Shown: positions 30,099 through 41,124, counted from the first letter of the stretch. The stretch: DNA of 64,000 bases from an uncultured Gemmatimonadaceae bacterium (GCA_963761305.1 CAVXGK010000002.1:3328001-3392000); one strand, 5' to 3'. The notes: generated by a model not told the origin, from the letters alone. Numbers and translations are program-made.

Positions 30099-30480
30099 TC
30101 ATCTAATCAGGCGATGCCGATGGGCCGGTGCCCGCCGCTGCTTGCAAGACCAAACCAGAACTGCGGACAGTGCTTCTGCGATGCCACCAACGCCGATCTT
30201 CTTGAACAGGTGCCGACGATGAGTGTGGGCAGTGTGAACGCTCAGGCCCATGCGCGCCGCAATGGCCTTCTCCCGTGGATCTGCGGCCGCCAAGTCGAGA
30301 TACTCGGCTTCTCTCGGAGAGAGCCGCAAAACGGTTACCAGCTCGACCCATTCGTCGCTGGTCAAACTGCCTTGCAACCTCTCTGGCCTCGCCCATGCGT
30401 GCCCGAGGAGGGCGACTTTCGTGGGCGTTGTCGCAGGTTGAATGCACAACCGACGCTGGAGATGCGGAAGACTCATCTGA
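30099..30480 (-). CDS. LuxR-type HTH protein (start uncertain)
   Basis: LSPREAEYLDL..EKAIAARMGLSVHTAHTHRRHLFKKIGV. Confidence 0.7.
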
Positions 30481-30630
30481 CTTATCGAAGAAGGGATGTC
30501 ACAAGGCATCTGGTAGCGCGCTGGAATCCATCTCTGGGGCCGGCAGCCGTTACTCGTCGAGCGCCGCGTGCAAGTTGATGGCGGCAAGAGGAGAGGCCCT
30601 TACGTGACGTCTAGTGACCTTATGCCGTGG

Positions 30631-31248
30631 CTACCGAGCTAGTCTCTTGCGGCTCGAAATCGGCACCACCTCAGGTGAGACCCAAGCCAGCCGATAGCCG
30701 CGCCGCCGAACGGCGAGGAGTACGTTCGGAAGGCCGATGGCGCACAGCCGGCGTCGTAGTCCGCGCATGTAGGCTGAAAGGCGCCTCTCGCCGTCCGCCG
30801 CCGGCATATCGTCTCAGGGCCAAGCGTGGGCAATCAGTTCCGCGGGCGACACAGGTGTTCCGTCACCGGCAAGAAGGGCGCTCAAGAGGCGGACTTCCAC
30901 TTGCGACAGCTCCAGTCGGCGCTCTGCCGAAACGACGCCCCGCGCCCAATCGATCCAAGTCCGCGTGCCGTCCACCTTCGAAGCCGACGCGTCGTCTACT
31001 AGGAGGAGGCATCGGATCGCAAGCGATCCATCAGGGGTTGAGATGGTGCATCGAGTCACACCGCCGTCAACTGAGAAGAGCAGCGCGGTGACATCACGGC
31101 GGCGTTGTGCCACGATAGTCACGTGGCTATTCAGGCGCAGCTCGCCCTCGACAGCGGGTACGCGGCCGCGGCGTTCGACATCGCGAGAGCGCTGTCTCAA
31201 GGCAGCGCCGCGCGACATGTCTACTCGCTTCTTTCGAAAGCGCGCCAT
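30631..31248 (-). pseudogene. OmpR/PhoB-type winged-helix regulator with in-frame TGA at 30814-30816
   Basis: LSQVEVRLLSALL..ELIAHAWP*DDMPAADGERRLSAYMRGLRRRL..VRRRGYRL, all in one frame. Confidence 0.7.
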
Positions 31249-31294
31249 GCGGCGAAACTATGCCTCGCCGGGCGCCGCCAGCCTTACTCTGCGT

Positions 31295-32149
31295 TCAGGC
31301 GAGCAGGCTTGAGTCTGCGTTCGCGGCGAGTCCAAGGCGCCGTTTCAGGGCGGCCACGACGCACTGCACGCCGCCGGACGTTCGCACATCACTGGCGCGT
31401 AAACCGCAATAACGCTTCATCGTATTCCGAAACGATACATCCGAGGCGAAGGAAAGTTCGCGAGCAATCGTCTCGATGGTACAACCCGTGGTCTCAAGAA
31501 AATGAGCGGCGAGTGCCAGGCGGGCCCACGTCAAGAACTCCTCGGGGCCGATCGACCACGCTTGCTTGCACCGATTAAAGATTGTGCCACGAGTCACTCC
31601 CGCGCTATCGGCCAACTGGGAAACTGTGGCGGCACGATCGGGCCGATAAAGTGAGATCTCAAGCATCGAGTGTAGCGACGCCGGGACGATCGGGCTCAAT
31701 GCCCGCGTCACGTTCTCGGCCGCGCAGTGGTGCCGAGCAGCCTCCAGCACCGCTCTCAGTGCGACACCAGAATCGTCGATCCCGGCGAAGAGAAATTGGT
31801 GAACTCCGGCACCCGCAAGCGCTCGGATGTCTGCAGAGTATTGCGAACCCGCGTTGCAGTAGGCCACGATCGCGACACGGGCTCGATGCGCAACGATCTC
31901 GCGCACCGTGTCGAGCGCATCGCTCCCGGTGGAGTCGCGCATTGCCAACACGATGCAGTCCACTGGCTGAAGCCGCGCTCTTAACAACGCTCTCAGTGCA
32001 GTAAAGTTGTCGACGCTCTCCAGCGTCGCGCGGCCGCGAATTGCGTCAACGATGCGAGCCCTGTCGCGAGGAAGCAGGGCACAGGCGATGACAGTCCGGC
32101 TTGCTGGCGCAACGCGGGCGACGGAGAGTAAGGCGCCATTACCTGCCAT
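31295..32149 (-). CDS. AraC-family regulator with receiver-like N-terminus
   Basis: TVSQLADSAGVTRGTI and TIETIARELSFAS..FRNTMKRYCG. Confidence 0.8.
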   Translation of the reverse strand: MAGNGALLSVARVAPASRTVIACALLPRDRARIVDAIRGRATLESVDNFTALRALLRARLQPVDCIVLAMRDSTGSDALDTVREIVAHRARVAIVAYCNAGSQYSADIRALAGAGVHQFLFAGIDDSGVALRAVLEAARHHCAAENVTRALSPIVPASLHSMLEISLYRPDRAATVSQLADSAGVTRGTIFNRCKQAWSIGPEEFLTWARLALAAHFLETTGCTIETIARELSFASDVSFRNTMKRYCGLRASDVRTSGGVQCVVAALKRRLGLAANADSSLLA

Positions 32150-32207
32150 AACGCATCGCCTGGTTCGCGAACGATATGAATAGCGCTCCCCATTCACGGA
32201 GTGCACA

Positions 32208-32414
32208 ATGAGTTCGCGCAATCCAGGCTATCGCCTCGCCATCGCTACTGTCGCGGTCGTCCTCCTTGCCGGCTGCGATCAGACGATTGCCGCACCTCGT
32301 ACGGTCGGCGCCACAGCGCGCCCCGCTGCTCCAATGCCCGACGACATTCAGGGCGATACGACGGAGTGTCGATCCGGGTTCGTTGTAGTAGACGGCCGGT
32401 ACGTCTGCAGCTAG
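32208..32414 (+). CDS. 68-aa lipoprotein/peptide ending CRSGFVVVDGRYVCS
   Basis: Lipobox LLAGC, GGAG RBS, two C-terminal Cys. Confidence 0.75.
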   Translation: MSSRNPGYRLAIATVAVVLLAGCDQTIAAPRTVGATARPAAPMPDDIQGDTTECRSGFVVVDGRYVCS

Positions 32415-32428
32415 CGACATGGCATCGA

Positions 32429-33764
32429 CTACTCGGAGCCGGCAGCAAGCATGACATGTCTTGGAAGCCGGCTCGGTTCCATGCTCGTCACCTGCTCCGC
32501 GATGCTGGCGCCGCGATCCGCCAGTGATGCCGGCCCTCGCGACTCGCCCGTTCGGCCCAGATCGCGGAGTTCATCGGCCTTATAGGAGATTTCATAAAAC
32601 TTATGTTTCAACCCAAGGGCGAGAGCGGCCTGCCGAAATCGTTCCGCTTGTCGCGGCTCGCCCAGGGAGATGAGGGCCGTCGAGCACTCCAGCAAAGCGG
32701 ACGCGAGAGCATACTTCGGCACAGACGTGCGAGCGCATCGAGCCACCTGTCGGGTCGCCCAGCGGGCGGTCGTCTCCTGACCGGTGGCCGCGCCAGTGCG
32801 CGCCAGTCCGCCAAGAGCCGGGAGAACAATGCGCGCGGGAAGTTCGCGAGAGACGACGGTCGCGAACGCCGCGCGCGCCGCGACTGCGTGTCCTGCGCGG
32901 GCGCATACCTCTCCGAGATTCTGGAGAACCTCACCCTCATCGATGACGTTTCCGCGAGACCTGCGGTAAACAGTCCATCCATGTGTCAACGCGTCGTCAA
33001 AGCGATGCTGCGCGGCGGCAGCGATCATTAAACCATTCCGGCCCTGGCGCCCGAGGCGCGCCATGCCTGCCCGATCAGCCAGTCGTACGGCACGCCACGC
33101 CTGCCGTTCCATCTCGGGATAGTTGCCTCTGACTTGCGCCAATGCTACGAAGCCAATGAGAGCTCTCAGTACAATTTCAGGATCGTGGATCTCACGACCG
33201 ATCGAAGCCAACGCGGCGGTACGTGGCGTGCGCTTCGTCGACTTGACCCATCATCCAATCGACGCGGGCGCGCCGTGCCTCGATGCGCGCTGTCTCGCGC
33301 GGGGTAAGCTTGCTATCGGCGTCCACGAGAGCCCCAAGGGTCGTCGAGGCAAGGTGCATGGCGCCGTGTTGCACCATCTCTTCCGTCACAAGGATGACGG
33401 CGGCCAATGACAGGCTGCCTCTGGAATGCCACTCCCTTGCGACAAAGGCTCGTGCGGCGGCCACACCGACCAAGCGCTGAGAGATCTGCCTCGCACGACC
33501 GATCAGCGAGCGACGAGTTCTTGTCCTCGTCAGCATTGCATGCTCGAGAACGGAGGCAACGACCAACCATTCCGCCGGGCTTCCCGCGAACGGGTCAAGT
33601 CCGTCGGCCAAGTCAGCGCGATACGCAGCGGCGGCGGGCTGGACGAATCGCGTCGCAACCTGAGACTCTCTTGTCGAGGTCATGTTATCGATTGCAGCGC
33701 CCAGGCTGTTGAAGAATGTCGTCTGCGAGGCGGGCCGGGCCGTCATCGGCCGTCGGTACTCCAC
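32429..33764 (-). CDS. TPR-like helical repeat protein (frameshift near 33200)
   Basis: Two adjoining ORFs with TPR-like helices (ARVDWMMGQVDEAHATY; EVLQNLGEVCARAGH). Confidence 0.65.
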
Positions 33765-34073
33765 TTTATGCAGGTGCGCAGCAATCTATGCATTCTTCGA
33801 TGCCGTTGACTCGCGAGTGCTGTCTCTGGGGAGAGGAGCCGAGCGAGACGGCGGACGACGCAACACCACGTAGTCCGAAACCGAAGCGGAACACTTGCCG
33901 AGTTACAAGCCCAAAGAGTATGTGCTTGCTAACGAAGTGTCAAACACGACGCGTTTGTCGCCAGGCCTACCACCGGGGAGCGTGAGTTCACAAGTACGGC
34001 CGTTATCGTTAAGAGATTCTTGTGGTACACTCGCAAAATCGTAAGGCGGCCATTGTCGCGGGCGACGGAGACT

Positions 34074-34364
34074 CTACGAATGGTGCTTGAGCCAACGCCC
34101 AAGCGCAAAGGCGCCGACGCCGACGAGGCCGATGATTGCTCCCCACAGCAAGCCAATCAGCGCCCACGGCAGGACATCGAAGAACGGTGCTCCGCCCCCC
34201 GTGCCTATGGCCGCGACGATCGCGCCACTGAGGCCGCCGCCGAGCGTGGCGCCGACGACGAGGTGCACTTGGGTGTGCCCAGGCCGTCGACCCGCGGCAT
34301 AGAACCCGACGAAGGGCAGCGCGAAGCCAAGAATGGATTGAAGGATCCGAATAACCGCTGCCAT
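34074..34364 (-). CDS. Small membrane protein (about 3 TM segments)
   Basis: 96-aa hydrophobic ORF with GGAGGG RBS. Confidence 0.6.
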   Translation of the reverse strand: MAAVIRILQSILGFALPFVGFYAAGRRPGHTQVHLVVGATLGGGLSGAIVAAIGTGGGAPFFDVLPWALIGLLWGAIIGLVGVGAFALGRWLKHHS

Positions 34365-34729
34365 GCGAGTCCCTCCCTAGGACAGTTCGCGCGGTGTAAC
34401 GAATTGGCGAAGCTGCAAGCGATTCAAATAGGAAGCGCGGCGGCAGGCCGCGCAACAACGCCAGGCACCGTGATGGGCAGAGAGCCACGGCCCACTATCT
34501 GCCGGCTGCGTCCGTCCCCATTGGCGGTCAGCCGTGGCCGGCGACCGTCAGCCATCCAGCCGAGTGGCAAGAAAGGCCTGGCGAGCGTCGCCGCCCGCCA
34601 GGCCTCGTAGTTCACGTCCGAGCCGGGATCACGCCCAGCTCATCACGCCGGCGAGAACCAGCGTGCACGACAACGAAACCGGTGAACAGTTGCGCGTAGG
34701 AGTACATAGGTAGAAGTACCTCAGTTGGT

Positions 34730-34902
34730 GAGGGAACCTATTTCGGCGCCGATCCCACGGCGTTGAGCGCAACGTACGACGTGTCGCCGGACGGACACAG
34801 CTTCCTCGTCGCCGGGAGATCGGGGAGGGCGGCGACGAGATTGTCGTGTGGACCGGTTGGCTTCAGGAGCTCGAAGCGCAATTCGCGGCGCGCCATCCCT
34901 GA
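34730..34902 (+). pseudogene. Extreme C-terminal remnant of a kinase-PD40 gene
   Basis: EGTYFGADPTALSATYDVSPDGHSFLV..IGEGGDEIVVWTGWLQEL; paralogous to 27001-27117. Confidence 0.7.
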
Positions 34903-34978
34903 ACAGCGGCCACGATGCGCAAACTCCCGAACGGCGCGAAGTTAGGGAGTTCGCGTTGTTCGGGGCTCTTCCGGAACG

Positions 34979-35977
34979 TCAGCGCGACGCCACCGTGATG
35001 GTCAGGGCGTTGTTCTGCGCATTCGAATCCGTCTGCGGAGACGTGAACGCGATGCTGGCCGAGGTCACGATCTGTTGCGCCGTGCCCGGCGCTGTGACCG
35101 TGAGCGAGATCGTCGAGCTCTGCCCGTTCAGGTTCGAATGATCGGGGATCTGGCACGTGACCGTCTGGCCGACCGCGCTGCAGTTCGTCCCCAACGACGT
35201 CGTGTAGCCTACGTACGCCACGTTCGCTGTAGGACATCAGTGAACGTGACGGCGCCGAACGTACCCCACGGGCTGGCGTTCTTGATCTGGTAGTTGTACG
35301 TGTAGTGGGCGCCCACAACGGGCGAGTCCGTGCTGGCCGAGCCCGAGATCTGCTCGTCGGTCGTCGCGGGGGCGGCAATGTTCGAGTCGTGGAGCAGCGT
35401 CTCGTTGAGAACGCCCTTCTGCAGCCCGGTGAGGGGTCGTTGTACAACGAGTATGTGATGTAGTTGACCGGGCCCCCGCTGATCGGGCGGAGCGTGACCG
35501 TACCGCTGACCGTCGCACCCGGCGCGAGCGTCACGCCTGATCGGCGTGCACCACGCGCCAAATTTGCCGACGGAGGAATTTCGTCAACTCGCCGGCGCAT
35601 CCGGGGGCCGAGCGAGATGAGCGTGGGGTCCGAGGGTGGCAGCTGCTCCCGCAGTAGTCGCCCCAGTTGCTGCCCAGCGTGACACCGGAGATCGTGAGGG
35701 TCGACGAGTTGTTGTGCGCCGACCATGTGTAGGTGCTGTTGACGCCCGCCGTATCCTGTCGAGTGGAAGACGACATCGTCGCCGTGATGTATCCGTCCGG
35801 CGAGGTCTTCGACGCGAGCACCACGAGTGATGCCGGCGACGGAGGCGTCGCGGCTTCGGAGATTTTGCCGATAGCGTTCCGGGTGCTCGAGTCGACAGTG
35901 TCGCTGGCTGCGCACGCGATGGCACCAAGCGCGATGGCCGCGGTGAAGAGCGTTTTCGCAAATCGCATCTGACGCAT
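34979..35977 (-). pseudogene. DUF11-like domain lipoprotein, multiply frameshifted
   Basis: Signal peptide AIAC; fragments YTWSAHN, YTYNYQIKN, TVTCQIP, TDSNAQNNALTITV in different frames. Confidence 0.55.
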
Positions 35978-36164
35978 CTCGAGGCTGCGGGTGAGTTGGG
36001 ATTTCGGCGCGTTCGCGGCAAGACACGTCGGCCGTTTCTCGAGTTCCCGAAAAGATTTCGAGCGATCCCGGAGCGATCTCGATCACGTCTCATCGACTCC
36101 GATTCGGCCTGGCGTTCCCGCGCAGGCCATTTCGTCGTTCCTTATCGAAAGGTGAGGCGAGCGG

Positions 36165-38108
36165 GTGGGACTCCGAGCGGCCTGGTCTTCGACGACGCTG
36201 GCTCGACGACCGCCGCCACTCGTGGCCCGGAAAGTGTCGCATCTCAGCCCGAGCGGCAGCGAAACAAACGCGGCGACAGCGCCGTCATCTGTATTCAGCT
36301 TCTTGAAAGCGATGCGGGCTATGGAGACGAACAACGGCGGCTCCCAGCGTGAGATCGACCATGCTCGACCGCGGATTTCAGCGGACGGGGCACTTGGTCG
36401 ACCGACCACGACAGGTGCGACGAAAAAAGTCGGGCGCGAGGTTCCGCTCGGCTCGTTCTTCGAAGTAGCACCGCTCACCTTTCGCATCCGCAGAACGGGG
36501 GCGCGGCTGCGTGACGCGCTCAAGAGGCTCTTGCCTTGGGTCAAGCCCGCGTCTGCATCATTGGAGGCCGTCACCGATCTCGCTGGCGGCATCCACGAGA
36601 TGACGAAGGCGACGAACTCGTGGTTCGAGCGGGAAGTCGGCGCGCTCGAGACCGACGCCCGGTCGCTTGCCGAGGACTGGGCCGCCAAGGGACTGCCGCG
36701 TCACGACGTCGCGCGAACGGCACCGCTCGAGGTCGAACAGTTTCTCGCCGGCCGGTGTGCCGAGACGTTTCGCCAATGGACCGACCGCGTTCGCGTCACG
36801 ATGCGCGACCGGATCGCGCGAGAAGCCGAGTCGATCGGCGACAGGCTCCTCGAGCTGCGGGGGGCGACGACGCGCATCGAACGACTCGAATCAGAGATCG
36901 CTGGAGTCGATCGCAGGGTCCAGACACTTCGGACCGAATCGAGCGAAGCCGCGGCGCAAGTCGGATTCGAGCCGATCTTTCCGAGCTGGTCGTTCTTCTG
37001 GTTCTTCGCCGTCGCGCTGACCGTCGTCGAGTTCTTCGCCAACTTCCCGGTCTTTCGCCTGCTGCTGCCGATGAAGCCCGCGCTCGCGAAGGCCGCGGAA
37101 GATGCGGTGCAGGACGCCATCAGCGCGGACTGGTGGGCCGGCTTGGCGCTACAGATGAAGGAAGTCGTGCTGCACGCTGACGCGCTGTTCGTCGCGCTCA
37201 TCGCCGTCCTCTTTCTCGTGTTGTTCGGCAAGACGATGGGAGGATCCGGGCGCGTCCTCGTCACGCTCAGACCCAAGGATCAGCCGCTCGCCGCGGCGAC
37301 CATTCGGAGCATTCGTCGACAACACCTGACCGCGTTGCTCGTCTCCCTGCTCGGCGTCGCCGCCGTGCTGACCTTCTTGTACCTGTCGCGCGGCAGCATC
37401 GCGTCGGTGGCCGCGTCGCGCGTCAAAGCAGACAGCCTCGAGTTGCAACGGCTCAAAAGCGAAGCACTGCAAGTTGCGCCCGGAGATCTCGGTGGCATGG
37501 CGAGGTCTGCCGCGGCGATTCGCGACGAGATGCGAACGCTCGAGATCCATCGCGACGATCGCGCCTACGCCACCACGGTGCAGAACAACAACACGCCGCT
37601 GTTCTTTCTCAATTTGGGGCTCGTCTTCGGCGCCGCTGTTCTGGGATTCCTGACATATCGCCAAATCACGAGCGAAGAACGAGGCAGGGGAGAGCATCCG
37701 GCGATCGCCGTGCTTCGCGCCGATCGGCGACGCTTGCAGACCGACGCCCACTCGGCGATTAAATCGGGCCGCGCGGCGGAGACACAGGCGCGAGCGAGCA
37801 TCTCACGCGTCGAGCACCTGATCACGGCGAGCCCGCTGGCCGAGTGGAGCGCGAAGGTGGATCGGTTGGAAGGCGTGATCCCGCTCTTCCGCGGCGAGAA
37901 CGCGCGACTGCGCGGCATCGATCCGGCGAGCATTCTCACGTTTGCCGGAAAGCCGCCGCTGTCGCTGCCGATCGTCGAGGCGGAGCGCGGCTTTCCCGAG
38001 CCCACGGACTTCGCGACGCTGAAAGAGGAATTCGGCGTTACTCGCCACGACTTTGGGACAGCCGTGGCGCGAATTCCGATCAACCCGAGCGACTCGAGCT
38101 CCGTGTGA
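36165..38108 (+). CDS. Membrane protein with coiled coils and about 4 TM segments (start uncertain, possibly 36321)
   Basis: 647-aa ORF, heptad-rich segments flanking hydrophobic helices. Confidence 0.75.
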   Translation: MGLRAAWSSTTLARRPPPLVARKVSHLSPSGSETNAATAPSSVFSFLKAMRAMETNNGGSQREIDHARPRISADGALGRPTTTGATKKVGREVPLGSFFEVAPLTFRIRRTGARLRDALKRLLPWVKPASASLEAVTDLAGGIHEMTKATNSWFEREVGALETDARSLAEDWAAKGLPRHDVARTAPLEVEQFLAGRCAETFRQWTDRVRVTMRDRIAREAESIGDRLLELRGATTRIERLESEIAGVDRRVQTLRTESSEAAAQVGFEPIFPSWSFFWFFAVALTVVEFFANFPVFRLLLPMKPALAKAAEDAVQDAISADWWAGLALQMKEVVLHADALFVALIAVLFLVLFGKTMGGSGRVLVTLRPKDQPLAAATIRSIRRQHLTALLVSLLGVAAVLTFLYLSRGSIASVAASRVKADSLELQRLKSEALQVAPGDLGGMARSAAAIRDEMRTLEIHRDDRAYATTVQNNNTPLFFLNLGLVFGAAVLGFLTYRQITSEERGRGEHPAIAVLRADRRRLQTDAHSAIKSGRAAETQARASISRVEHLITASPLAEWSAKVDRLEGVIPLFRGENARLRGIDPASILTFAGKPPLSLPIVEAERGFPEPTDFATLKEEFGVTRHDFGTAVARIPINPSDSSSV

Positions 38109-38872
38109 TGGCGGGGTCGGGAATGTGGACGCGGCTGGCGATCGCCATCGCCTCGTTCGGTCTCGCGTCGTCGGCACTCGGGTGCGGCGGGTCGGCCGGC
38201 GCAAAGCCCGCTTCACCGGTCAGCAATCAATACATCGTCGGGATCGATCTCTCGGCGAGTCGCTCGGTCGAGGCGCTGAGAGACTCGCGGCGGCTGCTCG
38301 ACGATCTCGTCGAATCGAGACTGCACAACGGCGACGAACTCGTGCTGCTCGAGATGTATGGCAGCTCGGACACCGGCGACCATCAGTGGATCGATTCGGT
38401 TCCACGCGCGCGCACGCCGGGCGTCGTCTCGTCGACCGACAAGCGGAGACTCGACGACTTCAAGGCCGTCGCGCATCAGGTCGTCGGCGCGATGTTCGAT
38501 CCGAACCGCGTGCGCCGGATCGACAACACCGACGTGTTCGCGACGATCCGCCGGGCGGCTGACTACGCCAAGGCCGCGCACGATCGGCGGCCGACGTTGA
38601 TCTTGCTGTCGGACATGGAGAACTCGACGGACGAAATGCGCATGGAGCGCACCGGGATCCCGTCTTCGCAGTGGATCGAGGTTCGTCGCGGCGCGAATCG
38701 GCTGCCCGATATGCGCGGCGTTTGCGTTCTCGTCGCCGGCGCGGCGTCGGAGACGCAGCGCGAGGCGGCCATTCGAGATTTCTGGGTTCGATACTTCGGC
38801 GCGGCCGGGACGACGCTCGCGGCGACGAACTATCGAGCGTTTGTGCCGGACGCTTCGGAACTGCGCTGCTAG
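38108..38872 (+). CDS. vWA-like domain lipoprotein
   Basis: Lipobox ALGC; MIDAS-like IVGIDLSAS, NTDV, ILLSDM; ATG overlaps the upstream TGA. Confidence 0.75.
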   Translation: MAGSGMWTRLAIAIASFGLASSALGCGGSAGAKPASPVSNQYIVGIDLSASRSVEALRDSRRLLDDLVESRLHNGDELVLLEMYGSSDTGDHQWIDSVPRARTPGVVSSTDKRRLDDFKAVAHQVVGAMFDPNRVRRIDNTDVFATIRRAADYAKAAHDRRPTLILLSDMENSTDEMRMERTGIPSSQWIEVRRGANRLPDMRGVCVLVAGAASETQREAAIRDFWVRYFGAAGTTLAATNYRAFVPDASELRC

Positions 38873-38888
38873 CACGCGTCGCTCGCGT

Positions 38889-39270
38889 TCACGCGCCCGG
38901 GTTGTTGGTCACGCGCCCGAGCCGCCCGGGGTCGTTCCGCGACCGCTCGCAGTATTGCCGATACTGCCGGCAATACTGCAACGGCTCGCGCTCCAGACCC
39001 CGGGCCGTCTCGGGCGCTGCCTCGGTGTGCGTGTGAAACCCTGGCTGGTGCGCAGGACCGCGCGCTGTCCTGCGCGCGCGGCGTAGTGCGGTCGCGGTGT
39101 CATGCGCGCGCCGGTGAGCGCGACCCGCGCCGACGCACGCTCGCAGTCTGTCGTTCGCCGATCGAGGGAGGCGAGCGGGTGGGGCTGTCCGGAGCGGAGC
39201 CGTTGCAGTATTGCCGGCAGTATCGGCAATACTGCGAGCGGTCCGCGGAGGACAGTCCCACCCCGAGCCC
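38889..39270. repeat. Two-hairpin intergenic repeat (REP/BIME-like), full copy
   Basis: Core GCAGTATTGCC-N9-GGCAATACTGC present twice in inverted orientation. Confidence 0.9.
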
Positions 39271-39318
39271 CACCTCAAACAAACGCGAAGACGCGACGCG
39301 CGTGGTCCCGCTCGACCC

Positions 39319-40338
39319 CTAGGACGCCTCGACCGAAAATCGGAAGCCGGGATAAACGGTCGTAACCGCGGTCAAGAACGAACTCGGCGCACCCAGTTCG
39401 GCCAGAGTAATCCCGCCGAACTTCGTCTCATCCGCGTGCGTCACAACGCGCAGGGCGGCTTCGACCACCAACGACGCGGATATCGCGTAGATGTCGACCC
39501 CGCTCGCCGTCGCACGACGCGCTTGTCCGCCGCGCTCGACGCGCACGTCCATTAGAAAACGCTGAGCGGAGCGGCGGCGTTCGTCCGTTGCTCTTGGCGT
39601 GCCGGTCGCCGGGTCGGCCAACTCGGCGAGCGCTGATCGGTTCATCAGGCTATCGACACTCGCGACTGCCGCGCGGCGAGAGATCGTGATGATTTCACTC
39701 AGCGGCACCGGCGCGACGGGCTGCGTTCCAAAAGGCGACGGAAACGTCCAACTCTCCGGTGGCGTCGTGCCGGCGACTGGAACCAACTGGTGGTTTCTCA
39801 GCACGACTCTGGGAAAATGATTGCGCGCGCCCGTGGCGCGCGTGCCGCCGGTAGGATGCCAGCTGTCGAGATGGACGGCCACCGTCGCGCTGTCCGCGCC
39901 CGGCCAGTCCTCGAGCGCGGCGCCGACCAGCAGATTGGCGAGGCCGCCAAAGAAACCGGCGGCCGGCAAAAGCGCCAATCCATTTTGGTGCGCAACTTTA
40001 TCGAACGCGTCGAAGCTGTCGCGCGCCGATTGCTGCTCCGCCGTCACGTCCAGATAGTGCGCACCGGCGCCGAACGCCGCCTGGATTGTCGGTGCGGCGG
40101 TATCGAGAAACGGGCCGGCGCAGTTGATGACCGCCGTCGCGCCTTCGAAGGCATTGGCAAGCGAAGCAGGATCTTCGAGCGAAGCGACGTGACCGGGATC
40201 CATATCGAGAGCCTGCAAGCGGCTCTTGTCTCGACCGATCGCGCGGAATGGCAGCCCGCGCCGCTCGAGCTCGGCGACGACGAATCGTCCGGTGTGTCCA
40301 GTCGCACCGTAAACCGCGAACAGTTCGCCCTTGCTCAT
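39319..40338 (-). CDS. Saccharopine dehydrogenase-like NAD(P)-binding oxidoreductase
   Basis: VYGATGHTG, VINCAGPF, HYLDVTAE. Confidence 0.9.
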   Translation of the reverse strand: MSKGELFAVYGATGHTGRFVVAELERRGLPFRAIGRDKSRLQALDMDPGHVASLEDPASLANAFEGATAVINCAGPFLDTAAPTIQAAFGAGAHYLDVTAEQQSARDSFDAFDKVAHQNGLALLPAAGFFGGLANLLVGAALEDWPGADSATVAVHLDSWHPTGGTRATGARNHFPRVVLRNHQLVPVAGTTPPESWTFPSPFGTQPVAPVPLSEIITISRRAAVASVDSLMNRSALAELADPATGTPRATDERRRSAQRFLMDVRVERGGQARRATASGVDIYAISASLVVEAALRVVTHADETKFGGITLAELGAPSSFLTAVTTVYPGFRFSVEAS

Positions 40339-40464
40339 TCCTGTACTCCCAGCCGCAGCATTTAGTCGCCTCGCCGGCTAGTGAACCAACGGCCTTCGTG
40401 CGATGCTGGACGGAACATACAGACACAACGTGCGGCCGCTCACTCCGGCGACAGTTCGAGTCGG

Positions 40465-41001
40465 TCAGCCCCGCACGGCAGTTGTCGCGCGACGACGTAT
40501 GGCCGTGTTGGCCAAGCCGCCCACCACACCGACGCCCAGCGCGAGCAGGATGATCGATGGCGTCCATCGGTCGGCGATCCCCAACAACGCGTCTACCGAG
40601 TAGCGCCCGAAGCCGATCAACGCGAGCCCGACCGCGGCACTCGAGTAGAGTAGCGGGACCTCGACACCGTTACTCGCGGCGAAGAGTCCGTTCTTCCAAT
40701 GCACCGTGATCATGGCGACGATCATGACGGAGATCATGAGCGCCGGACCGATGGGCCCAAGAAACCCCAACGCGACGAGAAGTCCGCTCGTGACCTCGGT
40801 GACCGACGCGGCGGCGGCGAATGCGCGGCCAGGCGGGAATCCGAGTTGGACGAAGAACTCGCCCGTCTTGTTGAGACCGTAACCGCCGAACCACCCGAAC
40901 AACTTCTGAGCGCCGTGTCCCGCCATCACCAGCCCGACGACGAGCCGAATGAACAGCAGTCCGATGCCGACGAGCTGCAACTCCCCGCTATACGCATTCA
41001 T
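40465..41001 (-). CDS. DoxX family membrane protein
   Basis: RLVVGLVMAGHGAQKLFGWFGG, VHWKNG, GVEVPL, GRYSVD. Confidence 0.9.
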   Translation of the reverse strand: MNAYSGELQLVGIGLLFIRLVVGLVMAGHGAQKLFGWFGGYGLNKTGEFFVQLGFPPGRAFAAAASVTEVTSGLLVALGFLGPIGPALMISVMIVAMITVHWKNGLFAASNGVEVPLLYSSAAVGLALIGFGRYSVDALLGIADRWTPSIILLALGVGVVGGLANTAIRRRATTAVRG

Positions 41002-41034
41002 GATGTTCTCCCCCTGCACGTGGATCGTCCCTAG

Positions 41035-41049
41035 GTTACCGTTGGTAAC
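41035..41049. promoter_or_regulatory. Putative HxlR-family operator
   Basis: Palindrome GTTACC-N3-GGTAAC between the divergent doxX-like and hxlR-like genes. Confidence 0.55.
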
Positions 41050-41124
41050 TATCTGCAACGTACGGGGCTTTTTCGCGGCTGAAAGCAGGCACGCAAAAGT
41101 GCCTCGGACACACCGGAGTAACCA

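Noticed and set aside
38889..39365. ORFs containing RSQYCRYCRQYCNGS as Cys-rich RiPP or radical-SAM-like CxxCxxxC peptides
   Set aside because: They are translations of the palindromic repeat, appear on both strands, and have no consistent start, stop or RBS
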